64,000 bases of DNA from Squalus acanthias (lineage: Eukaryota). Location: positions 29,204,001 to 29,268,000 of the forward strand of contig CM059433.1 of assembly GCA_030390025.1 (NCBI GenBank), written 5' to 3'. Positions 1-16,629 of this stretch are shown one piece after another. The first letter of the stretch is position 1; each line of letters opens with the position of its first letter. The translations under genes and the position numbers were made by a program. Below the pieces are notes generated by a model. The model made no database searches. It saw nothing but the letters and a program-made list of their open reading frames with translations, and had not been told where the DNA came from.

Positions 1-3000
1 ATATTACAATTATCACTTTATTACAGTTATCACTATGTTAGAATTATCACTGTGTTACAATTATCACTTTATTACATTTATCACTATATTATAATTATCA
101 CTTTATTACAGTTATCACTATATTACAGTTATCACTTCATTACAGTTATCACGATATTACAGTTATCACTTTATTACAGTTATCACTATGTTACAGTTAT
201 CACTTTATTACAGTTATCACTTTATTACAGTTATCACTATATTGCAGTTATCACTTTATTACAGTTATCACTATGTTACAGTTATCACTTTATATTGATA
301 TTACTATATTACAGTTATCACTTTATTACAGTTATCACTTTATTACAGTTATCACTATGTTACAGTTATCACTTTATTACAGTTATCACTTTATTACAGT
401 TATCACTATATTACAGTTATCACTATGTTACAGTTATCACTTTATATTGATATTACTATATTACAGTTATCACTATATTACAGTTATCACTTTATTACAG
501 TTATCACTATATTACAGTTATCACTTTATTACAATTATCACTTTATTACAATTATCACTTTATTACAGTTATCATTATGTTACAGTTATCACTTTATTAC
601 AGTTATCACTATATTACAGTTATCACTTTATTACAGTTATCATTATGTTACAGTTATCACTTTATTACAATTATCACTATATTACAGTTATCACTTTATT
701 TCAGTTATCACTATATTACAGTTATCACAATATTACAGTTATCATTATGTTACAGTTATCACTTTATTACAATTATCACTATGTTTCAATTATCACTTTA
801 TTTCAGTTAACACTATATTACAATTATCACTATATTACAATTATCATTTTATTACAGTTATCACAATATTACAGTTAGCACTTTATTACAGTTATCACTA
901 TGTTAGAATTATCACTATATTACAATTATCACTTTATTACAGTTATCACTATGTTACAGTTATCACTATATTACAGTTATCACTATGTTAGAATTATCAC
1001 TATATTACAATTATCACTTTATTACAGTTATCACTATGTTAGAATTATCACTGTGTTACAATTATCACTTTATTACATTCATCACTATATTATAATTATC
1101 ACTTTATTACAGTTATCACTATAGTATAATTATCACTATATTACAGTTATCACTTTATTACAGTTATCACTTTATTACAGTTATCACTATGTTACAGTTA
1201 TCACTTTATTACAGTTATCACTATATTGCAGTTATCACTTTATTGCAGTTATCACTATGTTACAGTTATCACTTTATATTGATATTACTATATTACAGTT
1301 ATCACTTTATTACAGTTATCACTTTATTACAGTTATCACTATGTTACAGTTATCACTTTATTACAGTTATCACTATATTACAGTTATCACTATGTTAGAA
1401 TTATCACTATATTACAATTATCACTTTATTACAGTTATCACTATGTTACAGTTATCACTATATTACAGTTATCACTATGTTAGAATTATCACTATATTAC
1501 AATTATCACTTTATTACAGTTATCACTATGTTAGAATTATCACTGTGTTACAATTATCACTTTATTACATTCATCACTATATTATAATTATCACTTTATT
1601 ACAGTTATCACTGTAGTATAATTATCACTTTATTACAGTTATCACTATATTACAGTTATCACTTTATTGCAGTTATCACTATATTACAGTTATCACTTTA
1701 TTACAGTTATCACTTTATTACAGTTATCACTATATTACAGTTATCACTTTATTACAGTTATCATTATGTTACAGTTATCACTTTATTATAATTATCACTA
1801 TATTACAGTTATCACTTTATTTCAGTTATCACTATGTTTCCATTATCACTATATTACAGTTATCACTTTGTTAGAATTATCACTATATTACAATTATCAC
1901 TTTATTACAGTTATCACTATGTTAGAATTATCACTTTATTACAGTTATCACTATATTACAGTTATCACTTTATTACAGTTATCACTATATTACAGTTATC
2001 ACTTTATTACAATTATCACTATATTACAGCTATCGCTTTATTTCAATTATCACTATATTACAGTTATCACTTTGTTAGAATTATCACTATATTACAATTG
2101 TCACTTTATTACAGTTATCACTATGTTACAGTTATCACTTTATTACAGTTATCACTATGTTAGAATTATCACTATATTACAATTATCACTTTATTACAGT
2201 TATCACTATGTTAGAATTATCACTGTGTTACAATTATCACTTTATTACATTTATCACTATATTATAATTATCACTTTATTACAGTTATCACTATATTATA
2301 ATTATCACTTTATTCCAGTTATCACTATATTACAGTTATCACTTTATTACAGTTATCACGATATTACAGTTATCACTTTATTACAGTTATCACTATGTTA
2401 CAGTTATCACTTTATTACAGTTATCACTATGTTACAGTTATCACTTTATTACAGTTATCACTATATTGCAGTTATCACTATGTTACAGTTATCACTTTAT
2501 ATTGATATTACTATGTTACAGTTATCACTATATTACAGTTATCACTTTATTACAGTTATCACTATATTACAGTTATCACTTTATTACAGTTATCACTATA
2601 TTACAGTTATCACTTTATTACAGTTATCATTATGTTACAGTTATCACTTTATTACAATTATCACTATATTACAGTTATCACTTTATTACAGTTATCACTA
2701 TGTTACAGTTATCACTTTATATTGATATTACTATATTACAGTTATCACTTTATTTCAGTTATCACTATATTACAGTTATCACAATATTACAGTTATCATT
2801 ATGTTACAGTTATCACTTTATTACAATTATCACTATGTTTCAATTATCACTTTATTTCAGTTAACACTATATTACAATTATCACTATATTACAATTATCA
2901 TTTTATTACAGTTATCACAATATTACAGTTAGCACTTTATTACAGTTATCACTATGTTAGAATTATCACTATATTACAATTATCACTTTATTACAGTTAT

Positions 3001-6000
3001 CACTATGTTACAGTTATCACTATATTACAGTTATCACTATGTTAGAATTATCACTATATTACAATTATCACTTTATTACAGTTATCACTATGTTAGAATT
3101 ATCACTGTGTTACAATTATCACTTTATTACATTCATCACTATATTATAATTATCACTTTATTACAGTTATCACTATAGTATAATTATCACTATATTACAG
3201 TTATCACTTTATTACAGTTATCACTTTATTACAGTTATCACTATGTTACAGTTATCACTTTATTACAGTTATCACTATATTGCAGTTATCACTTTATTGC
3301 AGTTATCACTATGTTACAGTTATCACTTTATATTGATATTACTATATTACAGTTATCACTTTATTACAGTTATCACTTTATTACAGTTATCACTATGTTA
3401 CAGTTATCACTTTATTACAGTTATCACTATATTACAGTTATCACTATGTTAGAATTATCACTATATTACAATTATCACTTTATTACAGTTATCACTATGT
3501 TACAGTTATCACTATATTACAGTTATCACTATGTTAGAATTATCACTATATTACAATTATCACTTTATTACAGTTATCACTATGTTAGAATTATCACTGT
3601 GTTACAATTATCACTTTATTACATTCATCACTATATTATAATTATCACTTTATTACAGTTATCACTGTAGTATAATTATCACTTTATTACAGTTATCACT
3701 ATATTACAGTTATCACTTTATTGCAGTTATCACTATATTACAGTTATCACTTTATTACAGTTATCACTTTATTACAGTTATCACTATATTACAGTTATCA
3801 CTTTATTACAGTTATCATTATGTTACAGTTATCACTTTATTATAATTATCACTATATTACAGTTATCACTTTATTTCAGTTATCACTATGTTTCCATTAT
3901 CACTATATTACAGTTATCACTTTGTTAGAATTATCACTATATTACAATTATCACTTTATTACAGTTATCACTATGTTAGAATTATCACTTTATTACAGTT
4001 ATCACTATATTACAGTTATCACTTTATTACAGTTATCACTATATTACAGTTATCACTTTATTACAATTATCACTATATTACAGCTATCGCTTTATTTCAA
4101 TTATCACTATATTACAGTTATCACTTTGTTAGAATTATCACTATATTACAATTGTCACTTTATTACAGTTATCACTATGTTACAGTTATCACTTTATTAC
4201 AGTTATCACTATGTTAGAATTATCACTATATTACAATTATCACTTTATTACAGTTATCACTATGTTAGAATTATCACTGTGTTACAATTATCACTTTATT
4301 ACATTTATCACTATATTATAATTATCACTTTATTACAGTTATCACTATATTATAATTATCACTTTATTCCAGTTATCACTATATTACAGTTATCACTTTA
4401 TTACAGTTATCACGATATTACAGTTATCACTTTATTACAGTTATCACTATGTTACAGTTATCACTTTATTACAGTTATCACTATGTTACAGTTATCACTT
4501 TATTACAGTTATCACTATATTGCAGTTATCACTATGTTACAGTTATCACTTTATATTGATATTACTATGTTACAGTTATCACTATATTACAGTTATCACT
4601 TTATTACAGTTATCACTATATTACAGTTATCACTTTATTACAGTTATCACTATATTACAGTTATCACTTTATTACAGTTATCATTATGTTACAGTTATCA
4701 CTTTATTACAATTATCACTATATTACAGTTATCACTTTATTACAGTTATCACTATGTTACAGTTATCACTTTATATTGATATTACTATATTACAGTTATC
4801 ACTTTATTACAGTTATCACTTTATTACAGTTATCACTATATTACAGTTATCACTATGTTACAGTTATCACTTTATATTGATATTACTATATTACAGTTAT
4901 CACTATATTACAGTTATCACTTTATTACAGTTATCACTATATTACAGTTATCACTTTATTACAGTTATCACTTTATTACAGTTATCACTATATTACAGTT
5001 ATCACTTTATTACAGTTATCATTATGTTACAGTTATCACTTTATTACAATTATCACTATATTACAGTTATCACTTTATTTCAGTTATCACTATGTTTCAA
5101 TTATCACTTTATTTCAGTTAACACTATATTACAATTATCACTATATTACAATTATCATTTTATTACAGTTATCACAATATTACAGTTAGCACTTTATTAC
5201 AGTTATCACTATGTTAGAATTATCACTATATTACAATTATCACTTTAATACAGTTATCACTATGTTACAGTTATCACTATATTACAGTTATCACTATGTT
5301 AGAATTATCACTATATTACAATTATCACTTTATTACAGTTATCACTATGTTAGAATTATCACTGTGTTACAATTATCACTTTATTACATTCATCACTATA
5401 TTATAATTATCACTTTATTACAGTTATCACTATAGTATAATTATCACTTTATTACAGTTATCACTATATTACAGTTATCACTTTATTACAGTTATCACTT
5501 TATTACAGTTATCACTATATTGCAGTTATCACTTTATTGCAGTTATCACTATGTTACAGTTATCACTTTATATTGATATTACTATATTACAGTTATCACT
5601 TTATTACAGTTATCACTTTATTACAGTTATCACTATATTACAGTTATCACTATGTTAGAATTATCACTATATTACAATTATCACTTTATTACAGTTATCA
5701 CTATGTTACAGTTATCACTATATTACAGTTATCACTATGTTAGAATTATCACTATATTACAATTATCACTTTATTACAGTTATCACTATGTTAGAATTAT
5801 CACTGTGTTACAATTATCACTTTATTACATTCATCACTATATTATAATTATCACTTTATTACAGTTATCACTGTAGTATAATTATCACTTTATTGCAGTT
5901 ATCACTATATTACAGTTATCACTATATTACAGTTATCACTTTATTACAGTTATCACTTTATTACAGTTATCACTATATTACAGTTATGACTTTATTACAG

Positions 6001-9000
6001 TTATCATTATGTTACAGTTATCACTTTATTATAATTATCACTATATTACAGTTATCACTTTATTTCAGTTATCACTATATTACAGTTATCACAATATTAC
6101 AGTTATCACTATGTTTCAATTATCACTTTATTACAGTTATCACTTTGTTAGAATTATCACTATATTACAATTGTCACTTTATTACAGTTATCACTATGTT
6201 ACAGTTATCACTTTATTACAGTTATCACTATGTTAGAATTATCACTATATTACAATTATCACTTTATTACAGTTATCACTATGTTAGAATTATCACTGTG
6301 TTACAATTATCACTTTATTACATTTATCACTATATTATAATTATCACTTTATTACAGTTATCACTATATTATAATTATCACTTTATTCCAGTTATCACTA
6401 TATTACAGTTATCACTTTATTACAGTTATCACGATATTACAGTTATCACTTTATTACAGTTATCACTATGTTACAGTTATCACTTTATTACAGTTATCAC
6501 TTTATTACAGTTATCACTATATTGCAGTTATCACTATGTTACAGTTATCACTTTATATTGATATTACTATGTTACAGTTATCACTATATTACAGTTATCA
6601 CTTTATTACAGTTATCACTATATTACAGTTATCACTTTATTACAGTTATCACTTTATTACAGTTATCACTATATTACAGTTATCACTTTATTACAGTTAT
6701 CATTATGTTACAGTTATCACTTTATTACAATTATCACTATATTACAGTTATCACTTTATTACAGTTATCACTATGTTACAGTTATCACTTTATATTGATA
6801 TTACTATATTACAGTTATCACTTTATTACAGTTATCACTTTATTACAGTTATCACTATATTACAGTTATCACTATGTTACAGTTATCACTTTATATTGAT
6901 ATTACTATATTACAGTTATCACTATATTACAGTTATCACTTTATTACAGTTATCACTATATTACAGTTATCACTTTATTACAGTTATCATTATGTTACAG
7001 TTATCACTTTATTACAATTATCACTATATTACAGTTATCACTTTATTTCAGTTATCACTATATTACAATTATCACTATATTACAATTATCATTTTATTAC
7101 AGTTATCACAATATTACAGTTAGCACTTTATTACAGTTATCACTATGTTAGAATTATCACTATATTACAATTATCACTTTATTACAGTTATCACTATGTT
7201 ACAGTTATCACTATATTACAGTTATCACTATGTTAGAATTATCACTGTGTTACAATTATCACTTTATTACATTCATCACTATATTATAATTATCACTTTA
7301 TTACAGTTATCACTATATTATAATTATCACTTTATTACAGTTATCACTATATTACAGTTATCACTTTATTACAGTTATCACTTTATTACAGTTATCACTA
7401 TAATGCAGTTATCACTTTATTGCAGTTATCACTATGTTACAGTTATCACTTTATATTGATATTACTATATTACAGTTATCACTTTATTACAGTTATCACT
7501 TTATTACAGTTATCACTATATTACAGTTATCACTATGTTAGAATTATCACTATATTACAATTATCACTTTATTACAGTTATCACTATGTTACAGTTATCA
7601 CTATATTACAGTTATCACTATGTTAGAATTATCACTATATTACAATTATCACTTTATTACAGTTATCACTATGTTAGAATTATCACTGTGTTACAATTAT
7701 CACTTTATTACATTCATCACTATATTATAATTATCACTTTATTACAGTTATCACTGTAGTATAATTATCACTTTATTACAGTTATCACTATATTACAGTT
7801 ATCACTTTATTGCAGTTATCACTATATTACAGTTATCACTTTATTACAGTTATCACTTTATTACAGTTATCACTATATTACAGTTATGACTTTATTACAG
7901 TTATCATTATGTTACAGTTATCACTTTATTATAATTATCACTATATTACAGTTATCACTTTATTTCAGTTATCACTATATTACAGTTATCACAATATTAC
8001 AGTTATCACTATGTTTCAATTATCACTTTATTACAGTTATCACTTTGTTAGAATTATCACTATATTACAATTATCACTTTATTACAGTTATCACTATATT
8101 ACAGTTATCACTATATTACAGTTATCACTATGTTTCCATTATCACTTTATTACAGTTATCACTTTGTTAGAATTATCACTATATTACAATTATCACTTTA
8201 TTACAGTTATCACTATGTTACAGTTATCACTATGTTAGAATTATCACTATATTACAATTATCACTTTATTACAGTTATCACTATGTTAGAATTATCACTG
8301 TGTTACAATTATCACTTTATTACATTTATCACTATATTATAATTATCACTTTATTACAGTTATCACTATATTATAATTATCACTTTATTACAGTTATCAC
8401 TATATTACAGTTATCACTTTATTACAGTTATCACGATATTACAGTTATCACGATATTACAGTTATCACTATATTACAGTTATCACTATGTTACAGTTATC
8501 ACTATGTTTCCATTATCACTTTATTACAGTTATCACTTTGTTAGAATTATCACTATATTACAGTTATCACTATGTTAGAATTATCACTATATTACAATTA
8601 TCACTTTATTACAGTTATCACTATGTTACAGTTATCACTATATTACAGTTATCACTATGTTAGAATTATCACTATATTACAATTATCACTTTATTACAGT
8701 TATCACTATGTTAGAATTATCACTGTGTTACAATTATCACTTTATTACATTTATCACTATATTATAATTATCACTTTATTACAGTTATCACTATATTATA
8801 ATTATCACTTTATTCCAGTTATCACTATATTACAGTTATCACTTCATTACAGTTATCACGATATTACAGTTATCACTTTATTACAGTTATCACTATGTTA
8901 CAGTTATCACTTTATTACAGTTATCACTTTATTACAGTTATCACTATATTGCAGTTATCACTTTATTACAGTTATCACTATGTTACAGTTATCACTTTAT

Positions 9001-12000
9001 ATTGATATTACTATATTACAGTTATCACTTTATTACAGTTATCACTTTATTACAGTTATCACTATGTTACAGTTATCACTTTATTACAGTTATCACTTTA
9101 TTACAGTTATCACTATATTACAGTTATCACTATGTTACAGTTATCACTTTATATTGATATTACTATATTACAGTTATCACTATATTACAGTTATCACTTT
9201 ATTACAGTTATCACTATATTACAGTTATCACTTTATTACAGTTATCACTTTATTACAGTTATCACTATATTACAGTTATCATTATGTTACAGTTATCACT
9301 TTATTACAATTATCACTATATTACAGTTATCACTTTATTTCAGTTATCACTATATTACAGTTATCACAATATTACAGTTATCACTTTATTACAGTTATCA
9401 CTTTATTACAGTTATCACTATATTGCAGTTATCACTTTATTACAGTTATCACTATGTTACAGTTATCACTTTATATTGATATTACTATATTACAGTTATC
9501 ACTTTATTACAGTTATCACTTTATTACAGTTATCACTATGTTACAGTTATCACTTTATTACAGTTATCACTTTATTACAGTTATCACTATGTTACAGTTA
9601 TCACTTTATATTGATATTACTGTATTACAGTTATCACTATATTACAGTTATTACTATGTTACAGTTATCACTTTATTACAGTTATCACTATGTTACAGTT
9701 ATCACTTTATTTCAGTTAACACTATATTACAATTATCACTATATTACAATTATCATTTTATTACAGTTATCACAATATTACAGTTAGCACTTTATTACAG
9801 TTATCACTATGTTAGAATTATCACTATATTACAATTATCACTTTATTACAGTTATCACTATGTTACAGTTATCATTATATTACAGTTATCACTATGTTAG
9901 AATTATCACTATATTACAATTATCACTTTATTACAGTTATCACTATGTTAGAATTATCACTGTGTTAGAATTATCACTTTATTACATTCATCACTATATT
10001 ATAATTATCACTTTATTACAGTTATCACTATAGTATAATTATCACTTTATTACAGTTATCACTATATTACAGTTATCACTTTATTACAGTTATCACTTTA
10101 TTACAGTTATCACTATGTTACAGTTATCACTTTATTACAGTTATCACTTTATTACAGTTATCACTATATTGCAGTTATCACTTTATTACAGTTATCACTA
10201 TGTTACAGTTATCACTTTATATTGATATTACTATATTACAGTTATCACTTTATTACAGTTATCACTTTATTACAGTTATCACTATGTTACAGTTATCACT
10301 TTATTACAGTTATCACTATATTACAGTTATCACTATGTTAGAATTATCACTATATTACAATTATCACTTTATTACAGTTATCACTATGTTAGAATTATCA
10401 CTATATTACAATTATCACTTTATTACAGTTATCACTATGTTAGAATTATCACTGTGTTACAATTATCACTTTATTACATTCATCACTATATTATAATTAT
10501 CACTTTATTACAGTTATCACTGTAGTATAATTATCACTTTATTACAGTTATCACTATATTACAGTTATCACTTTATTGCAGTTATCACTATATTACAGTT
10601 ATCACTATATTACAGTTATCACTTTATTACAGTTATCACTTTATTACAGTTATCACTTTATTACAGTTATCATTATGTTACAGTTATCACTTTATTACAA
10701 TTATCACTATATTACAGTTATCACTTTATTTCAGTTATCACTATATTACAGTTATCACAATATTACAGTTATCACTATGTTTCAATTATCACTTTATTAC
10801 AGTTATCACTTTGTTAGAATTATCACTATATTACAATTATCACTTTATTACAGTTATCACTATGTTACAGTTATCACTATGTTAGAATTATCACTATATT
10901 ACAATTATCACTTTATTACAGTTATCACTATGTTAGAATTATCACTGTGTTACAATTATCACTTTATTACATTTATCACTATATTATAATTATCACTTTA
11001 TTACAGTTATCACTATATTATAATTATCACTTTATTACAGTTATCACTATATTACAGTTATCACTTTATTACAGTTATCACGATATTACAGTTATCACTA
11101 TATTACAGTTATCACTTTATTACAGTTATCACTATATTACAGTTATCACTTTATTACAATTATCACTATATTACAGTTATCACTATATTACAGTTATCAC
11201 TTTATTTCAGTTATCACTATATTACAGTTATCACTTTGTTAGAATTATCACTATATTACAATTATCACTTTATTACAGTTATCACTATATTACAGTTATC
11301 ACTTTATTACAATTATCACTATATTACAGTTATCACTATATTACAGTTATCACTATGTTTCCATTATCACTTTATTACAGTTATCACTTTGTTAGAATTA
11401 TCACTATATTACAATTATCACTTTATTACAGTTATCACTATGTTACAGTTATCACTATATTACAGTTATCACTATGTTAGAATTATCACTATATTACAAT
11501 TATCACTTTATTACAGTTATCACTATGTTAGAATTATCACTGTGTTACAATTATCACTTTATTACATTTATCACTATATTATAATTGTCACTTTATTACA
11601 GTTATCACTATATTATAATTATCACTTTATTCCAGTTATCACTATATTACAGTTATCACTTTATTACAGTTATCACGATATTACAGTTATCACTTTATTA
11701 CAGTTATCACTATGTTACAGTTATCACTTTATTACAGTTATCACTTTATTACAGTTATCACTATGTTACAGTTATCACTTTATATTGATATTACTATATT
11801 ACAGTTATCACTTTATTACAGTTATCACTTTATTACAGTTATCACTATGTTACAGTTATCACTTTATTACAGTTATCACTTTATTACAGTTATCACTATA
11901 TTACAGTTATCACTATGTTACAGTTATCACTTTATATTGATATTACTATATTACAGTTATCACTATATTACAGTTATCACTTTATTACAGTTATCACTTT

Positions 12001-15000
12001 ATTACAGTTATCACTTTATTACAGTTATCACTATATTACAGTTATCACTTTATTACAGTTATCACTATATTACAGTTATCACTTTATTTCAGTTATCACT
12101 ATATTACAGTTATCACAATATTACAGTTATCACTATGTTTCCATTATCACTTTATTACAGTTATCACTTTGTTAGAATTATCACTATATTACAATTATCA
12201 CTTTATATTGATATTACTATATTACAGTTATCACTATGTTACAGTTATCACTTTATTACAGTTATCACTTTATTACAGTTATCACTATGTTACAGTTATC
12301 ACTTTATATTGATATTACTATATTACAGTTATCACTTTATTACAGTTATCACTTTATTACAGTTATCACTATGTTACAGTTATCACTTTATTACAGTTAT
12401 CACTTTATTACAGTTATCACTATATTACAGTTATCACTATGTTACAGTTATCACTTTATATTGATATTACTATATTACAGTTATCACTTTATTACAGTTA
12501 TCACTTTATTACAGTTATCACTTTATTACAGTTATCACTATATTACAGTTATCACTTTATTACAGTTATCACTATATTACAGTTATCACTTTATTTCAGT
12601 TATCACTATATTACAGTTATCACAATATTACAGTTATCACTATGTTTCCATTATCACTTTATTACAGTTATCACTTTGTTAGAATTATCACTATATTACA
12701 ATTATCACTTTATTACAGTTATCACTATGTTACAGTTATCACTATATTACAGTTATCACTATGTTAGAATTATCACTATATTACAATTATCATTTTATTA
12801 CAGTTATCACAATATTACAGTTAGCACTTTATTACAGTTATCACTATGTTAGAATTATCACTATATTACAATTATCACTTTATTACAGTTATCACTATGT
12901 TACAGTTATCACTATATTACAGTTATCACTATGTTAGAATTATCACTATATTACAATTATCACTTTATTACAGTTATCACTATGTTAGAATTATCACTGT
13001 GTTACAATTATCACTTTATTACATTCATCACTATATTATAATTATCACTTTGTTACAGTTATCACTGTAGTATAATTATCACTTTATTACAGTTATCACT
13101 ATATTACAGTTATCACTTTATTGCAGTTATCACTGTATTACAGTTATCACTTTATTACAGTTATCACTATATTACAGTTATCACTTTATTACAGTTATCA
13201 TTATGTTACAGTTATCACTTTATTACAATTATCACTATGTTATAGTTATCACTTTATTTCAGTTATCACTATATTACAGTTATCACAATATTACAGTTAT
13301 CACTATGTTTCAATTATCACTATATTACAGTTATCACTATGTTACAGTTATCACTATATTACAGTTATCACTATATTACAGTTATCACTATGTTTCCATT
13401 ATCACTTTATTACAGTTATCACTTTGTTAGAATTATCACTATATTACAATTATCACTTTATTACAGTTATCACTATGTTACAGTTATCACTATATTACAG
13501 TTATCACTATGTTAGAATTATCACTATATTACAATTATCACTTTATTACAGTTATCACTATGTTAGAATTATCACTGTGTTACAATTATCACTTTATTAC
13601 ATTTATCACTATATTATAATTATCACTTTATTACAGTTATCACTATATTATAATTATCACTTTATTACATTTATCACTATATTATAATTATCACTTTATT
13701 ACAGTTATCACTATATTATAATTATCACTTTATTACAGTTATCACTATATTACAGTTATCACTTTATTACAGTTATCACGATATTACAGTTATCACTATA
13801 TTACAGTTATCACTTTATTACAGTTATCACGATATTACAGTTATCACTATATTACAGTTATCACTATATTACAGTTATCACTTTATTTCAGTTATCACGA
13901 TATTACAGTTATCACTATATTACAATTATCACTTTATTACAGTTATCACTATGTTACAGTTATCACTATATTACAGTTATCACTATGTTAGAATTATCAC
14001 TATATTACAATTATCATTTTATTACAGTTATCACAATATTACAGTTAGCACTTTATTACAGTTATCACTATGTTAGAATTATCACTATATTACAATTATC
14101 ACTTTATTACAGTTATCACTATGTTACAGTTATCACTATATTACAGTTATCACTATGTTAGAATTATCACTATATTACAATTATCACTTTATTACAGTTA
14201 TCACTATGTTAGAATTATCACTGTGTTACAATTATCACTTTATTACATTCATCACTATATTATAATTATCACTTTGTTACAGTTATCACTGTAGTATAAT
14301 TATCACTTTATTACAGTTATCACTATATTACAGTTATCACTTTATTGCAGTTATCACTATATTACAGTTATCACTTTATTACAGTTATCATTATGTTACA
14401 GTTATCACTTTATTACAATTATCACTATGTTATAGTTATCACTTTATTTCAGTTATCACTATATTACAGTTATCACAATATTTCAGTTATCACTATATTA
14501 CAGTTATCACTTTATTGCAGTTATCACTATATTACAGTTATCACTATATTACAGTTATCACTTTATTACAGTTATCACTATATTACAGTTATCACTTTAT
14601 TACAGTTATCACTATGTTACAGTTATCACTTTATTACAATTATCACTATATTACAGTTATCACTTTATTTCAGTTATGTCTATATTACAGTTATCACTAT
14701 GTTTCAATTATCACTTTATTACAGTTATCACTTTGTTACAGTTATCACTATGCTACTGTTATCACTTTGCTATAGTTATCAGTTTATTACAGTTGTCACC
14801 ATGTTGCAGTTATCACTATATTACAATTATCACTATGTTACAGTTTTCACTTTGTTACAGTTATCAGTTTATTACTGTTATCACTATGTTCGATTTTTCA
14901 CTATATTACAGTTATCACTATGTTACAATTATCACTTTGTTACAGTTATCAGTTTATTACAGTTATCACTTTGTTACAGTTATCACTATATTACTTTTAT

Positions 15001-15065
15001 CAATATGTTACAGTTATCACTATATTACTTTTATCAATATGTTACAGTTATCACTTTATTCCAGT
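1..15065. repeat. 17-bp AT-rich tandem satellite (TTATCACT[T/A][T/A][A/G]TTACAG-like, e.g. TTATCACTTTATTACAG) with higher-order duplications
   Basis: Continuous 17-bp periodicity, about 880 monomers by length. Recurrent variants (TTAGAA, TTTCAG, ATTGATATTAC). Degenerates over about 14700-15065 and runs off the left edge. Confidence 0.98.
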
Positions 15066-16419
15066 TTTGAATCCAGCTCTCTTGCTTTTGTTTACATTGA
15101 ACGTGGAACATGAGAAAAGATAAATGGCCCTAATCAATGCAATTAGAATATCAAAAGCAAGCCACATCCACCGATGTAGTGCGCAGCCTTTATCTGAAAT
15201 CCAATATAATTAATTGCAGAGGCGAGTATGTGATTTCGCCCTGAAAATCTATGCGATTGATTTTTGGTACAAATTATTCCACACTACAAATGAGCCTGAA
15301 GAAGCAAGCGATTTATTGGCCTATAACTGTCAATGCAATAATGCACGCTCTTATTAAAAAAAAATGTATTGGCCCTTTTCTGAGAAGCTGAGTTGCTTTG
15401 AAAAGTACATTAAGGACTTTTAACTATAAAAATTTGTCCAAAAGCAGTATGTAGAGGCTTGTAACGGATATCAAGGCCATCATTTTCATATCACAAAGAA
15501 ACCACAACAAAAAATGTGAAACCAGAACTTAAGTGCATTCCTCTGTGCATTTTCTAAAATGCTGAAAAGCTGTTCAGATCAATGACTAAATTTTATCGGA
15601 AGTAACACAAGCACTTAATTCATAATAATTCCGCTGAGATTCTTTTATTATGTACGGTTGACTACTGAGAGGATCTCTTCAAAAAGCTTTCTCTGTGTTT
15701 TTTTCTTTTCCCCAAACCAGCTGCATATCCAGATGTGGGGAATGGATGCCTGTTCAAATTCAGACGCAATAAATCTCACCACAGAATGACCACGTGCTCT
15801 TCACCTGCAAGCCCAACATTTTATTCTCCATTATAACACTGCCAAATGAAGCATTGATTCATTTTCCAAAGATCCTAATGGACCTTGGGAAGAAAAAAAA
15901 ATAGCAACTCAAACTTGTATAAGTAATTAAACTCGCTACCTTGATACAAGACTTTGTTTAAAATATTCATTAGTCTTTAATTAGCTTATCATTAATTAAG
16001 CGACTTTCTTTCTGATTAAGGTAGGTTGGCAAAGTTTTTTTTCCCCCAAATCCAAAAATTCCATTGCAACATTCTATTCTACCTGCAGATTATAAACAAG
16101 AGCAAAGCAATGTTCAGGTGTCCCTATTCGTGTAAGTGTGATCTCCTTGACTGGTTTCAATCGCCTGAGGGGGTTTGGTGAGGCATTTGTCAGTGTATTT
16201 TTCCCTTATTGGCCCTGGCTCTTTCTCTATATTTTTGCCTTTCCCAGCAAATTACATGGCTGTGGCTGTGGAGGCCGGTCGGGGCAGGGGGTGGCGGCGG
16301 TGGGCGGGGGGGGGGAGGGGTGGGTGTTGGGGGCGGTGGGTTGGAGGGAGGAAGTATTTATTCATGGTGCTCCAGCCATCATGAGTGTGATGCAGGCATG
16401 ATGGACCAGCTGGTCTTTT

Positions 16420-16600
16420 CCTACCCTTCAATTATGTGTGGTTCATTTTTAGCTGATATTGTTAACAGATCCCCCTCCTCAGGTACTGTCTCCCTCCGCT
16501 TCCAATCTGCTGTCATCAACCCCCTCCTCAAAAAACGCTCCTTAGACCCCTATGTCCTTGTAAACTACCACCCCATCTCCAACCTCCCTTTCTTCTCCAA
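16420..16600 (+). mobile_element. Short internal fragment of L2-clade LINE ORF2
   Basis: Translates as DIVNRSPSSGTV...SAVINPLLKKRSLDP...NYHPISNLPFFSK, resembling the pre-RT 'PLLKK...NYRPISNL' motif of L2/CR1-group LINEs. Confidence 0.7.
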
Positions 16601-16629
16601 AAGACCATGGTTATTCAAGGGCAATTTGA

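Noticed and set aside
1..15065. CRISPR-like array
   Set aside because: No unique spacers, no cas genes, and the context is eukaryotic. The same applies to the other two arrays.
52..15123. Dozens of hydrophobic ORFs (LQLSLYYSYH...)
   Set aside because: Read-through of the 17-bp satellite, which lacks stops on one strand; all frames give the same peptide.
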